Shown here in pieces: positions 12,407 to 25,794 of a stretch of DNA of 64,000 bases. Each line of letters starts with the position of its first letter. Within the stretch, counting starts at the first letter, position 1. Source of the stretch: Mizuhopecten yessoensis. Taxonomy: Eukaryota. The stretch lies in the NCBI RefSeq assembly GCF_002113885.1, contig NW_018408821.1, positions 1,077,676 to 1,141,675 on the forward strand. Reading direction: 5' to 3'. A model generated the notes under the pieces. The model was given only the letters and a program-made list of their open reading frames with translations, did not search any database and had not been told where the DNA came from. Made by a program: the position numbers and the translations under genes.

Positions 12407-12760
12407 CTTCAAAGAAATAAAACTGCAATGTTGTATTGTTTACAGTGCCTTCAAAACCACATGGTAGGAAGGACAGGATATGCTAGCCGGAACGTTAATA
12501 AAACAACCGTATAGTAAATGTTCCGGAATTATTTAATTTTGTAGCAATAGGTTTCAACTAATGACACTTTTTTTACAGTAGAAATATCAATTGAAAATTA
12601 CTTTATTTTCCACTTACATGTTATATAATTAAAAGAATCGAACAACGTGTTCTAATGGCACACTTTTTATTTTATCGGGAATCGAATGCACCCAGAATGA
12701 AAAAAATCACCGTCTTTGGAAAGCTTGACGGACTACTGCACATGTGACCATCATCGGTAA
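12407..12760. promoter_or_regulatory. Putative bidirectional promoter / 5' UTR region shared by the C11orf98-like gene and METTL13
   Basis: Lies immediately 5' of the minus-strand ATG (12406). Retains CpGs, has two CCGGAA ETS-type cores (~12488, ~12523), and a + strand donor cg|gtaag at 12757 that could end a METTL13 non-coding first exon (the METTL13 ATG exon is preceded by acceptor ctgtacag at 15111-15118). Confidence 0.5.
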
Positions 12761-13675
12761 GATTGATCACTATTCATAAAATGACGGTCTTGTTTACACT
12801 GTTCAGAATCCAGCACCAAAGGCAATCATTAAAATAACATGAAACATACATTCCCGGTAGCTTGAAAAGCCACGAAAACATCTGACATCTACCAGGTCCA
12901 GTATATTGACCTATACATGTAGCCATCTGAACTGCTGAAATAGGTTTTTGAGCTATTTTCATGTGATTTTCTTGTTTAAGGAAAGCGAAACAAAGTCGTT
13001 TTAAAAAGAAGAATTTATCATTAGGTTGATAACAAAAGACATTAAATATAAGTATTCTTTCTAAAAACAAATGATGTAAAAAATCGGAAATTTTACATTT
13101 ATGAAAAATGAAAATAAACATATAAATGCATGCTTTTTGTAGTCAACATTACCATCAACCTTATTGTTTTATGTGACTTTGCTTTAATTTAATGAAAATT
13201 AAAATCTGGGAAAATAAAGCTCAATACAGCTATAATTTATAGGTGAATATATCTATATAGGGCTCAATCGGCAGAGTGTACTGGATCACTGACATGGGTT
13301 TGCTCATATTGTTTGAACAAAAGGTCATGGACACACTAATACAGATATACTATACCCGTGGCTTGAATGGTAACTGACTAAATCAGGGAACCCTTCAGGA
13401 TTGAAGACGAATCCTGAAGTGTGATAGCATGGGTTTAATTAGTCCAACAATGTTAGAGGTTTTACACAGCGAAAAACTTTTGACAGGCGTCGCAGTCAGA
13501 AAAATCATATCCGATAGAAAAAAGGCCAACCAGCGGCCTCTCATGTTATGGGAATAAGGTTTAATTTGTGTATGTTTGTTAATTACAAATATACGTGTAT
13601 AACATATTTACAGTCTGCAGTTCAGACTCCCAACATGTCCCTTCATTTCCCTTTCCTGTTTATACAAAGTTAGTT

Positions 13676-14192
13676 AACAGTTAAAGTATGGGTATGAGGG
13701 ATATAGCAAGTTTATGATCCCGCGAGGCCAGGACTATTTCCCGAGGCGAAGCCGAGGGAAATAGTCCTGGACGAGGGGGATCATTAACTTAATTGCTATA
13801 TCCCGAAATACCCATACTCAACTGTTTTATTATACCGATACAAACACTCCCTTACAATATTCTAAATATTACTAGACAACAAATTTTTCAACAGTTGGGA
13901 CACTTTATTAACAAAACTACAACAATGCGAGATGAAGGTCGGTCCAGAAAATACCGGCTCTGCTGGCTGGAAATTGCCGGAAATTGCCGACGTAATTTGA
14001 TTGCGCTGATTGGTCAATATTCAGTCAGGCCCCGCCCACGACGTCACTCAATTTCCCGCATTTTCAGAGGGAAATAGTTTCAAAACTATTGCACCCCTTC
14101 AGACGAACCATTTCCCTGGCATGCAGTTAGAGGGGAAATAGCTTGTTTATGTGGTTACTTTTGTATAGTGTAAAATAAGTAGAGGTATAATA
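13676..14192. mobile_element. Foldback element with ~150-bp hairpin (apex CCGAGGCGAAGCCGAGG); possibly Crypton-type non-autonomous
   Basis: 13676-13826 is a long imperfect palindrome (aacagtt..agtatgggtat..gggatatagcaa..ccaggactatttcc / ggaaatagtcctgg..ttgctatatccc..atacccatact..aactgtt). CpG-rich body; inverted ttattatacc / ggtataataa at ~13827 and ~14184. Superfamily assignment is inference. Confidence 0.65.
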
Positions 14193-15119
14193 ATTACATT
14201 TCTAGTATGAGTAGTGTAGCTTTTTTTATAATTTTATAAAGAGCTACACATAAAAGTAGGCTTCTATCAAAGTGGAACAGTGTCTAATTTTTCGCACCAG
14301 CAAATGTTAAAATTGTTAAATATTGTTCTCTCCGGGTGTTACCTCCCTTGAAATAATAAAATGACGAGCAAAATTGTCAAGGACATGATTGATCAGTTTG
14401 CAAAGAAAGGGTAGGCAATCAACAACTCTGTAAAAAGAGGAACAATATTCTGTGGATATACTGTACAATCAGTCCCATAAAACTTAATAACAAAAAAACA
14501 GAAACAACCTAAAAGAAACTTCAAACACTTGTAATAAGTTACATTTGTAACCAACCTTAGGATAAAGTTCCTTTTTTTGATGCAACCTAATATTTATTAT
14601 TCCTTTTTCCAGCTTTTGGATATAGGTGTGTATTAGCTGTTCATACACTAGTACTGTAACTAGTTATATTACAAATGTAGCTCTGGAGGAGATTGTTCAG
14701 TAGCTGATAAAGCTATTTCAATCAACTACATAAATAAAATCTGTCACCTGTAATTGGTGTGGAGTGGGAAAAATTTCACAAACTTTGGGCAATACATGTA
14801 CCTGATATATCTTATTATCTATAACAAAACTATACAGTAAATTGGTTTTGACGCCAAAAATGTTCTCCAGAAGGATTGGATTTCTATATCACACACTTAA
14901 TTCTTCTTCTGCCAATTTTGAGGCTTAATTAACTACTGAATAACAGTGCTTGTAAAATTCGAGCCGTCATTGCAATATTTTCATTAATAAAATCCTAAAC
15001 AATTTTCTTAATTATCTACAAACAATATGTTTTGGTTTTCAGTGTGATATGTGACTTTTCTTGCCTGATATGACCTGTAGGATAACACAAGATCTGATAA
15101 ATTCACTTACCTGTACAGA

Positions 15120-18100
15120 ATGGCTGGTATGAATCTCCTACCAAGGAACCACAGTGAATTCCACTCGCCTCAATATTGGGATCAGTTTTTCCAGAAAAGA
15201 GGAACTAAAGCCTTTGAATGGTTTGTCAGATTAAACTTATACATACAGATTGATAAAGCACATACAATAAGGGGAGATAATTACACCCTCAATTAGACTG
15301 AAATCTCAACAGTCACCATTATTGACAATAAAGTGAGATCTTGATTCCTCTATTATTAGATAATAGTTTCAGCAGTTACCAATGTTGTGATATACAATGA
15401 TACTTGCAGACTTGGGTAAGCATTGATTTTGCCAGAATAGATATGATCTGAATCTCACATTAAAACTACTCAAGAATGCTAAGACATTTTTTTAATCAAA
15501 CAGTATAACTTTAAAAATAACAGGAAACAACAAGATCAGTTAAAACAATTTTGAATTACTGTATTCAATCTATTGATCGTGAATTTTATTAGTCTCACAT
15601 GATACATGTCTAAAATACATTGATGGTTTGTTGTAGGTACGGCGAGTACCCAGAATTATGTGGGATTCTACACAAATACATCAAGCCCAAAGATAAGCTC
15701 CTTATGATTGGATGTGGTAACTCCCAGCTTAGTGAAAATCTCTATGATGTCGGCTACCACAACATCATCAACATTGACATAAGTGACACAGTCATTCGTC
15801 AGATGACCGATAAAAATAAGAAATGTCGTCCTGATATGAAGTTTGTCAAAATGGATGTCAAGAAGGTAAATCGAGGGGAATTTGAGTGATTATTAATACT
15901 AGTAGAGACTTATATTTAGAAATGTCCCAATATTTAACAGTGATAGAAGATAATTTCTAAACAGCTTTTATGATATTTAACACACTGTATAGATCTCTTA
16001 ACTGCCTTTAAATGCCAGCTTTATAATTGATTGCCAACATAGACATCTCTGTAGGATGATATTGATCCTGCAATGTTTAATTTTTCAAGTGAAATACTTT
16101 TGCATAATTTCAATAATTATAATCATTCAGTCTCTAAATTAGTATGTATTGATCATCAGAGGAACCTCATTTCTTGAACTCTTTAGAATATACTGATCCA
16201 GCTGTAGAGTGTAGAACAATCTCATTACCCTCAATTCTTCTCTGTGTTTGCTTTCCTTTTCAAGATGTTTATTTGCAGGATATTAGTGAAAATTCTATTA
16301 ACTGCCAAATTCTATTTCACTGATCTAGAAACACTCCTTATTTCATAGTCTGTTTTCCAAATGGAATTTCTTGGATAAGCAGGATTCCACTCTTACATGT
16401 GCAAAAAAGACTACAGATGTTTTATTTTAAATTTCACTCTCACTATGAAACAAATTAATGGTATATCCTATATTGATTATATGGTGTTTCTTTAGACAGA
16501 TTTTTTGGATGGCGAGTTTGGAGTTGTCCTGGACAAAGGAACCTTGGATGCCCTGATGGTGGATGACAGTGCTGATGTGGTGGCTGATATTGATGCCATG
16601 TTTACAGAAATCGGGAGGGTCCTGAAACAGGGAGGGAGATACATCTGTATCTCTCTGCTACAGGACCACATCATGAACAAAGTCCTTCAATTCTTCCCAG
16701 ACCTGTTAGTCTAAAGAAATCCTAGTTCTAACGATTGCATGAACAATGAAAACAGCTTTATTAGAGTAGAGATACTTTGTCTCTAAAAAGCTATATCTAC
16801 TGTAACTTGAGTTTTAGCATCAATATGAAAAATCATTCCTATTTTTTTCATGTGCTTTTTTTTATTCATGCTGAGGTTCAAAAACTGCTTCTTAACATGC
16901 TGTAATTATTTTCACCTGAAAAACAGTGCAATGCCAGTAATCCTCAGTGTAGTTGAAGGAAAATGCAAAATTATGTACGCTTATATTTTCACAAACATTC
17001 AAGTATTTGGTTTTGTAGATCGGGATAAAATACTATATGAATTTTTTGTTCTAGTGGATGGCCATTAAGGATTCACAAGGTTAACACTGAAGACTCCGAG
17101 AATAAAGACAAGGAATTCAACATGCCTGTATTTGCTGTTGTCCTTACTAAATTCAAGAAGCTACCAAATATGAAACAGGTTATAAGAATATAGCAATTTT
17201 AATGCATTTTTGTCTTGATTTACTTTACTACATAGTAAACTATGTATTATTACACTGACTGAATATTAGTAAACTCTCGTTAAGGATCCCTGTCCCACTG
17301 CAGACAAAACTCTAGAAAATTCCAGAGTACTTTTTCATAAATACAGTAACCTCCCCTTAACTGTATACTGTAGTGGGCTGATCAGCTAAGTGATTTCTAT
17401 TGACCCTGTATCTGTGTAGCACAGTTGGTTATTAGAGTGACTCTATTGTGATAGTTATGGTTCTATTTTCATATATATTTTTTTCTTCATTAATGATATA
17501 TTAAAGCTATTTCCAGCCTGATGTAAAAGTTTCAAATTCATCGATACAGCTTTTGGGCAGTGTTATGGTGGTCCTGAATATAATGGACGTATATCATGAT
17601 CAGTGAACAACAACGTTATTTGTCAATGGATAGAAAGTTAAAGTCAGAAAGTGAATGCCAATGGTCATTGTTCGTATAAACTTAAAAATTTAGACATAAC
17701 TAAGTATTCACTATTGGCAGTAGTATTCTAATTCAGCATAAACAGGGGGCCATGGTGGCCAAGTGGTGAAGACGTCTGGCCGTCTACTATCACTAGCCCT
17801 CCTACATTGGGCAGGTACTGGCCGCAGGTTAGCAGTTTTTCTCCAGCTTTCCTCCACTTCCAAAACCTGTACGTCCTTATTTAAATTATAATAGCTATTA
17901 ATAGGTCATAAAACACAAACAGATAGATAAAATCAACATAAAACAAAATGCTTTCAGATCCTGGAGGTGGGAGCAAGTGATGATAAGGTGGAGCGGATGG
18001 AGTCCACAGAGAAGATGCAAACAGTCTTGAAAGAGATGCAGTACTATGCTTTAATGAGGCAACAGATCAAGAAAAGGTATGTACACTGTATGCACCTGAA

Positions 18101-21100
18101 AATAGCAAAGGAAACACATATCAATTCTCTACTGACCATGTATAGACATGCTGTTTCTGTTCATGATGTGTTAAAATATGTATGCAACTATTGTGAATAA
18201 GGTTCTTCATCTACTCTCTGTCCCTTAGGGCTTTAAATGTCTGTGTCTGTGAGGATGGGAGTTTAGTTAAAACACCATATTGCTGCTAGAATTGTTTCAT
18301 ATACACCCATATGTCCATTTGAAAGAGTATTTCCAAACCAAACAAGATCTTGTGACAAAATAATTGGAAGAGTATTATATTATTTTATTGATAGAAACAA
18401 CGGCAATTTCAGTTTCAGGATTGTTTTTTGAAGGGATATTCCATAGTTGATTGCACCGGGGAAGGAACCTATATTATGGTTAAAACCAGATTTGCCTACC
18501 ATTCCTTATACTAATTATGAAATAAAAATTAAAGATTTTATAGCTAGTGGGGTCTCTGAAAAAGTTCCCCATCCCTCCCTTATGGTTAAATATGGAACAG
18601 CCCTAACAGTATATTGGTTACACTATTCTGTGCTTTATAGGGAGATGGTTGGAGAACAGGTGTCTCTCAGTCTGTACAGTGAAGTGTCCCTTGCCCCACG
18701 CTACACCCTATTCATAGTGGACAGTGCTGACCAGAAACTCGCCAACAAATTCGGAATATTCATTGTACCGGAGGGCAGGTGAGATTTAATAGTCATTTCA
18801 ATTGGTTTGAATATCAATGCAATGTTTTTTGTTCCTCTTTTTTCAGGCGCTGTGGCTAAATGGCCTCTTCAATGGTTTGATTTTTTGTCTGATACCTGTT
18901 TGATTCTTTATAGATTGATACACATTGATACATTTCAAACGAACAAGAAAATACTTTTAAATGAAATAAATGTTACTGATGTAGGTGTCAAAGAAAATAA
19001 TATTAATATTGACAGAGAAACAGAGTGGATGTTTAGTACAGAAGAGGGCAGACAGCAGCTTTCTGAGTCGGCTGGATTTTGTAGACTAGTGGTGATTACT
19101 CTCAACCGAGCTCACACTTATGAAACATTGGATACTATCAAATCAGAGTTATCTCCTCATGTCCTAGAACTGGCACCACCAAATTTCAAATCAGGATCAC
19201 AGGTATGCTTGATAACTAAGATTTATTTTAGATGTAATCACACATCAGACTTCGTTCTATTACACGCCTGATAAAAATCAGGACCTAAATTTTAAATATT
19301 CATGAATTGTTTCCACAAAAAAGCAATAAACCCATTGCCCCAGCTGTAAGAATAAAGTTTCATAAACCATGAGAGTCATAAGGAAACATTTGCATCTACA
19401 TGACTCCTTTTTGTAATGGACGGCTTTAATTTTTCGCTTCACCATGCACCGTTTACATCTCACAGAAGTTAATTACATGATATACTATAACAGATCTTTA
19501 TGCAAAATATTCTTTTTTTTCTGTTTTTCCATTGGACTTAGGTGCCTTACCTATCACTAGGCGATCAGAAGGGCAGCAGGACTGTCAGGTACCAAGGCAA
19601 AAGTCCTACCCTCGGGGAGCTGGTTGTCGAGGATGTTGTCACTGATCCAGGGCAACACAGAAGGAGACTTGTGTTTACGGACAGTCTTCCGTATTGTGAG
19701 GCAAGACTTAAACCAGGTACTTTTAAAATGGTTTGCAGTGAACCATTTAAGGTCATTCAGCTAATTGAGTTATTGATAAACTTTCATATACAAATGTAAT
19801 TATATTTGGTTATTGAAACTGTGTGTATTGTGTTAGACAATAGGTTCATGCTTCCCTCACTGATTATCTCACATACAATTTAAATGCAGTTGGAGTGATA
19901 ACATTGGTCAATAAGCTATTCTCTTACCCTGGACAGGTGTATACACACTTTTACCGGTGTGAGATTTCCTCGTCTCACCCTAGGGTTGAGATGGCAGGGA
20001 TTCCCCTATTCATAACAATGGTATGACTGAATTTAGCCTGTAATTTTTAACATTACATCTTGTATCTGATACACAATTGGGTGAAAATGGGGGAATCTCA
20101 ACCCTCTGGGAAAAATTCTTAAGTTGCCAAACTCTTCACTCTCGGGTTGAGATTCCCGTACCCCAAGGGAGTGAGAGATTCTATTCCTCTCAAGCGGGAT
20201 GCTTTTTCTTAAAAATTGTATGCTGAACTAACAGCTTCAGTGTTACAAAAGAAAATAACATGATGTTGAAATCCAACAAAAAAAGAAACAGGAAACAGTT
20301 CTGATATATATATACATGTAGCAGACAATCTATCTAAGTGCTTGCAATTAGTTAAAATGTTGAGAAACATCCATAGAAACTGTAGGGAAACGGATAGGGG
20401 ATCTTCTGAACTATTTCGATGGAAAAGAAATTGCTGTGTCATATTATTTTGTTATGTTTCATTTCAGAAAAAAAGCAGAAAAAAGGGAAAAATAAAGCAA
20501 AAGAGACTGGAAAATTCCTTTTGGACAAGAATTATTTGGACTGCGATTACCTAACAGCTATGGTGGCTGGTCTATCATTTGTCACGGGAACGACTGATCA
20601 GGCCAAAGGTAAGATATCGGTATAATGTAGGCACCTTTTGATTTATAACTAGATTGACAACCAGGCTAAATGTGGGCTTCCTAGTATTTTTGAATGAGAT
20701 TATGTTATTAATGTGATTTTTGTCTTTGTTTGGACTTAAATATCTCAATATCTAAATTTAACTTACACTTAAAACAAAGAATTCCAATGGCTGTAAGGTT
20801 TGGTATTTTATTTGTCATAGATGGAGGAGTATTTTGAATGCCTATAAAGAGGTTTGTAACTTCACAAGCAAACACATATTTGTTATCAATAACAGAGTTG
20901 TTGTACATGTGAGTGTTTCATTCCCATGATATTGTAAGAAATACTTTACCCTTATTTGCAATTGTTCATAGTACATACGATTCATTAAGCCTTTATTTAA
21001 TATTGAGAACATTTTTTTAAGAAAAAAACCTGCTTTTAAGAAAAAAAACTGCTTTTTATTTTTTCTTCAAAATTAGTGCTACCTTTGTACATTAAACCTT

Positions 21101-24100
21101 GTTATATTGCCACCGTTTAAGTATCAACAAAACTTGTGGCCTTGTGGCATTTGGCAGTAACATAATTGGGGTTGTTAAGAGAAAAATCAGAATCTTGAAA
21201 GATGCTGGTGGTAGATGAGTTGACTGTTGAAACAAGTGTTGATTTATATCAAGCTTATGTTTTGTGTTGTGTCAGTATAAATTGGTGTTTTGAGAAATGT
21301 GTTTTGTGATGTTTGTTTAATTTTTGTTTTGAAATAATCTAATGAAGATTTTCTTTTGTTGAAGTTATTTTTTGTTCTTTCAGAGTGTTATCTGTCAGAT
21401 TCTAAAGTGTTGGTGATAGAGGGGAGGAATGGAGGCCTTCCTACATTCTTGCATCACAACTTCCCCCAGGTATAGTATAGCCTATACTGAAACAAACAAA
21501 CAAAACCCAGTGATATCTGGGTACTCATTCAGTGGCTTCCTGTCGGGCTAAAGTCTTGCTACTGAGAACCTTAAAACCTCTGATTAGTTATTATTTCATA
21601 TATAACATGCTTTTATATTGGTTGATTTGGCTTATATCCCCTCCTGGTATGGGAAAAAGAATGGGCCTTTGGTATCCTACTGCATCTTGATATCTGAAGC
21701 ATAAAGTCTTGGGCTTCAAAAAAATCTAGGATAGTTCTACTTCATCTGCTTATAAGACAGTCAAGAAATCATAAGTGTCATATTGTCCATGATATATCTC
21801 ATATACTGTGTGATCTAATTGTCAAATTATAAAAGTGTGTGTACCTCATGGGATGGCAGTCTGTCACCCACCGAAATTGGGTAAGGTATCCCACTATTTG
21901 CAGGATCAGGGCCCTTTATTTATTGTTCATCACACTAGGTGGGGTAGATCTCATCTGTCATCTCCAATTACATTGTACCTCATTTTCATTGCCATTACCT
22001 CAGTGTATGATGGAGTGTTGCCACTGTTATCAGAGTTATGTCCCTTCGTTCACTGTTCACCACTTTGTCACCTACATATATATATTAAATTTCTTGCGTA
22101 TAGAGATAGCAGATTGAAACTCACTATATATGCATAATTATGACCCTTTGTTCATTTATGATACCAAAGTTTGTTGGGAGGTAGGGGACTATGAATTGCT
22201 GATAACAGTTTGGCTAGTTTGTAATTCTATGATGTAGTTGTAGTGACTTGGTGATCTATTATGTCATGTCTGGATGTTCATGGTTACCGTGTTCTGCTGT
22301 ATTATGCTGGGGACCGATTATTTGGTGTATTATATTGGTTGTGATTTACTGGTGTATTGATATTGGTTGTGATTTACTGGTGTGTCAATGTTTGGTGGTC
22401 ATAGTTATTATATGTTGTATCATGGAAATTGATGGTTGTAATTAATCGGTGTATGGTTGTTGCCAGTTGTTATTAACTAGTGTGTGGATGTTGATGGTAG
22501 TATTTAATGTATGGATGGTTTTGTTTTTATTACAGATGGCACTGACTGTACTGTTTCCTGATACTGTGATGCTACAGGTAGCCACAGACTGGTTCAGCTT
22601 TTTACCAGACACCATTATGCAAGGTCATTGTGATAACCCAACCACATTTATCAGCAGCAGCATAACGCAAGGTACAGTATTCTCCTCAGTTCATTATGTT
22701 TATTAGTTTTAGTTCCAATTGATCACTCCTATAATGAAGCGTCTGTCGTTCGCCCATTCGTTGTCCGGCGTCCAGCGTCAATATTTTACTTTAAACAACT
22801 TCTTCTTAATAACCAAAATGTCCAGGCTATGATATTTGGCCAGTAGCATGCTGGGATGAAGGGCTACCAAGTTTGTGCAAATGAATGACCTTCACTTATA
22901 TACAAGGTCACAAGGGTCAGTTGTCTTAAAAAAACTTTAAACAACTTCTGAAGAATAACCAAAATGACCAGTATTGTGATATTTGGTCAGTAGCACACTG
23001 GGATGAAGGGCTACAAAGTTTGTTCAAATGAATGACCTTCACCCATATTCAAGGTCACAGGGGTCAAATATGTTAAAAACTTTAAACAACTTCTTCTGAA
23101 TAACCAAAAGGACCAGTATGGTGATATTTGGTCAGTAGCATGCTGAGATAAAGGGATACCAAGTTTGTTCAAATGAATGACCTTGAATTATATTCAAGGT
23201 CTCGAGGGCAATTTTTTTTTAAATCTTTAAACGACTTCTTCTAAATGACCCTGAGGCCCAGAATGTTATATTTAGCCAATAGCATGCTTGGGCTATACAA
23301 TTTGTTCAACATAATGACCTTGTTTGACTTTCAGGTTCACAGGGGTGAAATGTTTTAAAATGTTTTAACTGGTTCTTTTGAATGACTTTTAATAATAAAT
23401 ACTGATATTTTGCCTGTAGCTCTATTTTAGATCACTTATAAGTTTACATGTGTGAGTGTTTTACCAGGTGAGCGATGTAGGCCTATTGGGCCTCTTGTTT
23501 ATATGTTCAACTAAAGCAGGATTTAGATCCAAGATCATCTCTCCAAAATTTAAAAAGCGATATCACTAGCCTGGCATTAATTAAAGAAACATTTGCAAAT
23601 TTTCTCAGTATGTGAGTCTGAATGAAAAGGAATATCATCAAAACCTTGTTAGCTTGAGAATGGAAAATCATCAATGCTTTGTTAGCACGAGAAAGGACTA
23701 TCATTAATGCCTTGTTAGCTTGAGAAAGGATTATCATCAATGCCTTGTTAGCTTGAGAAAAGAAATATCATCAATGCCTTGTTAGATTGAGAAAGGATTA
23801 TGATTAATGTCTTGTTAGCTTGAGAAAGGAATATCATCAAGGTCTTATTAGCTTGAGAAAGAAATGACATAAACACTTTATGTGTTTGAGAAAGAAATTT
23901 CTATGTCAAATTTTCTTCAGTATATCTTTTTTTCAGAAGTCATCTTGAAAGGAAATCGTCCTTTCTGAAGCAAGATTATAACGGAGGTTTGTCTAACTGT
24001 TGGGACTTTAGGAGGAGATCCATTGTTTACTGGCCTGTCTAGATGATAACTGGGTTAATACAACATTCGACTGTTCTTTTTGTAGGTTTACAGGTGGATG

Positions 24101-25534
24101 CTGTAGTAATTGATCTGGACTACCTCAAGTCCTCACTTACAATGGACAGTTTCCTGCAAGAATCGTTTTTATCAGATGTCAAAAAGCTACTTTCACCAAA
24201 TGGTATGTGTAAAAAAGTTCTTGGTTTTTCTAGTGAAGCATATTTAAAATGTTTACTGTGTTTTAGAATTCCAGGAAAAGATAATGTGGGACAGTTTGAT
24301 ACTTTACATCATCAATTGTATTTATTTTTGAATGGTCACCATCAAAATTTACCTGCCAGATGGTTTTGGAAATACCTATTTTCAGATAATGATTGTAAGA
24401 AGAAAATGTAGCTATTAATCATTAATATGAAATATCAAGATAATTGATATTTTACAGCCAATTTCATTTCAGAGCACTAACCTGATATAAATATCCCTGG
24501 TATTTGTCCAGGAGATGGATGGAGGGATTGTTTATTCATGCATGATCATTCTAGTAATTGTTTTAGATTACCCCATCCATATACTGTATTATTGATAAAA
24601 AGTTTCTTTCACCTCAGACAGAGATATCTCGCACGTTACCTAGTTCTAGATTTTTCTATCTCGTCTGATTTCGTGGTGATGTATTCATCTGCACGCTAAT
24701 GCAAGTGATACAGTTTTTAAATTCTGTTTTGTTATAATATGCATTGTTTTGGTGTTTTATAGATATCTAATGGTGTAAATAAAAATATAATCTACACTGA
24801 AATGTAATCATTCTTGCAAGGACAGACATTCAAATGAAACTTTAGAAGTGAAGAGGCCATATTCATTTGAGGCCCCGGACAGGATACTTGTAGACCAAAG
24901 CAAAATTGAGTATTTTTACGAATTAAAAGGTGCAAGAAAAAGATTCCATTACCTGTAACTGAACGAAATAGGGTTATCTTAGTCTTGGGCTAATATTCTA
25001 TAACATCCCCACCTTGGCTTACGCCTCTGTTTGGATTTTATGTTACAAAATCCTAGTCCTTGACTGAGGTAACCTGATCTCGCTCAGTTACAAATACATG
25101 TAATAGATTTTATTAGTCTACCGGCCCACAATCAAGCAAATACATTTATATCAATATCTAGCATAGTCCTTCACTAAAACTGCAAACCATTTACCTCATC
25201 TGTTCAACAGTGAATTAACAATCTCAGCTTAATCTTTTACCATCGTTTCATTGCAGGTGTTGTAGTATGCAAGTGTCAGTGTGATCCAAAGGAGACAAAG
25301 AAAACATTGCTTCACAAACTGTCCAGTAGTTTTCCAAACATTTACTCAACAGACATTGAGGACACATCTTACACAGTTGTAATCGCTCTAATGTGTGACA
25401 AGAACAATGCAGATACATTAGAGGCAGCGATGTCAAACTGTAAATACCTGAATAATATACTGGGGAGTAAAGACAAAGACATTGATATAGATTTAGTACA
25501 GACCATGACAGACGTCACATTGTTTGATCCCTAA
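15120..25534 (+). CDS. METTL13: eEF1A lysine and N-terminal methyltransferase (679 aa); exons 15120-15220, 15637-15865, 16496-16704, 17055-17178, 17958-18076, 18641-18778, 19016-19202, 19542-19716, 20468-20608, 21384-21469, 22536-22671, 24086-24202, 25257-25534
   Basis: 13 GT-AG exons sum to 2040 nt in one frame. Diagnostic sequence: [154 protein letters not shown]. Confidence 0.97.
17745..17920 (+). mobile_element. Degenerate tRNA-derived SINE
   Basis: Head ggggccatggtggccaagtggtgaag (A box), central gtttttctcc..ctttcctccac block, A-rich tail. Confidence 0.6.
19850..20200. mobile_element. MITE-like foldback repeat
   Basis: Repeated inverted motifs ggaatctcaaccct / gggttgagattccc and tctcaccctagggttgaga. 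Confidence 0.45.
22722..23499 (-). mobile_element. HINE/pearl-like element with ~145-bp internal tandem units
   Basis: ttaaac(a/g)acttct recurs at ~22791, 22937, 23082, 23226; (cgtc)-rich microsatellite at the left end; terminus caggtgagcgatgtaggcctattgggcctcttgtt at the right end. Confidence 0.8.
23630..23895. repeat. 33-bp minisatellite, ~7-8 copies
   Basis: Unit ~ccttgttagcttgagaaaggaatatcatcaatg; gives the 11-aa periodicity of spurious ORF 23507-23740. Confidence 0.9.
24954..25092. mobile_element. Degenerate foldback hairpin, probably same class as 13676-13826
   Basis: tgtaactgaacgaaatagggttatcttagtc ... gactgaggtaacctgatctcgctcagttaca arms, apex ccttggcttacgcctc. Confidence 0.55.
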
Positions 25535-25794
25535 TTTCGTGGAAGAAGATTACACACATATTAAAAAATGTCTAAAATGTATGTCATGTTTGGTCCTTTT
25601 CCATTACCTGCTGGAAGGGTTAAGCCATTTATGTCATTTGATTTATGATCAATAATCTGGATTAACTATCCATACAAAGTGATTTATTGCCAAGAAGATC
25701 TTGATTCAGTAGTGTGGAAGTCGTAAACACGATTGACAGCAACAGTTGCCATCCTTGTGTATTTCATCTTATTACTGTTCAACTAGTGTTATGG

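Noticed and set aside
21835-22445. Alternative METTL13 exons restoring a canonical C-terminal domain
   Set aside because: Translations show no GxGGG, EID or DVDSKD motifs; the sequence looks like decayed repeat and low-complexity GT-rich DNA.
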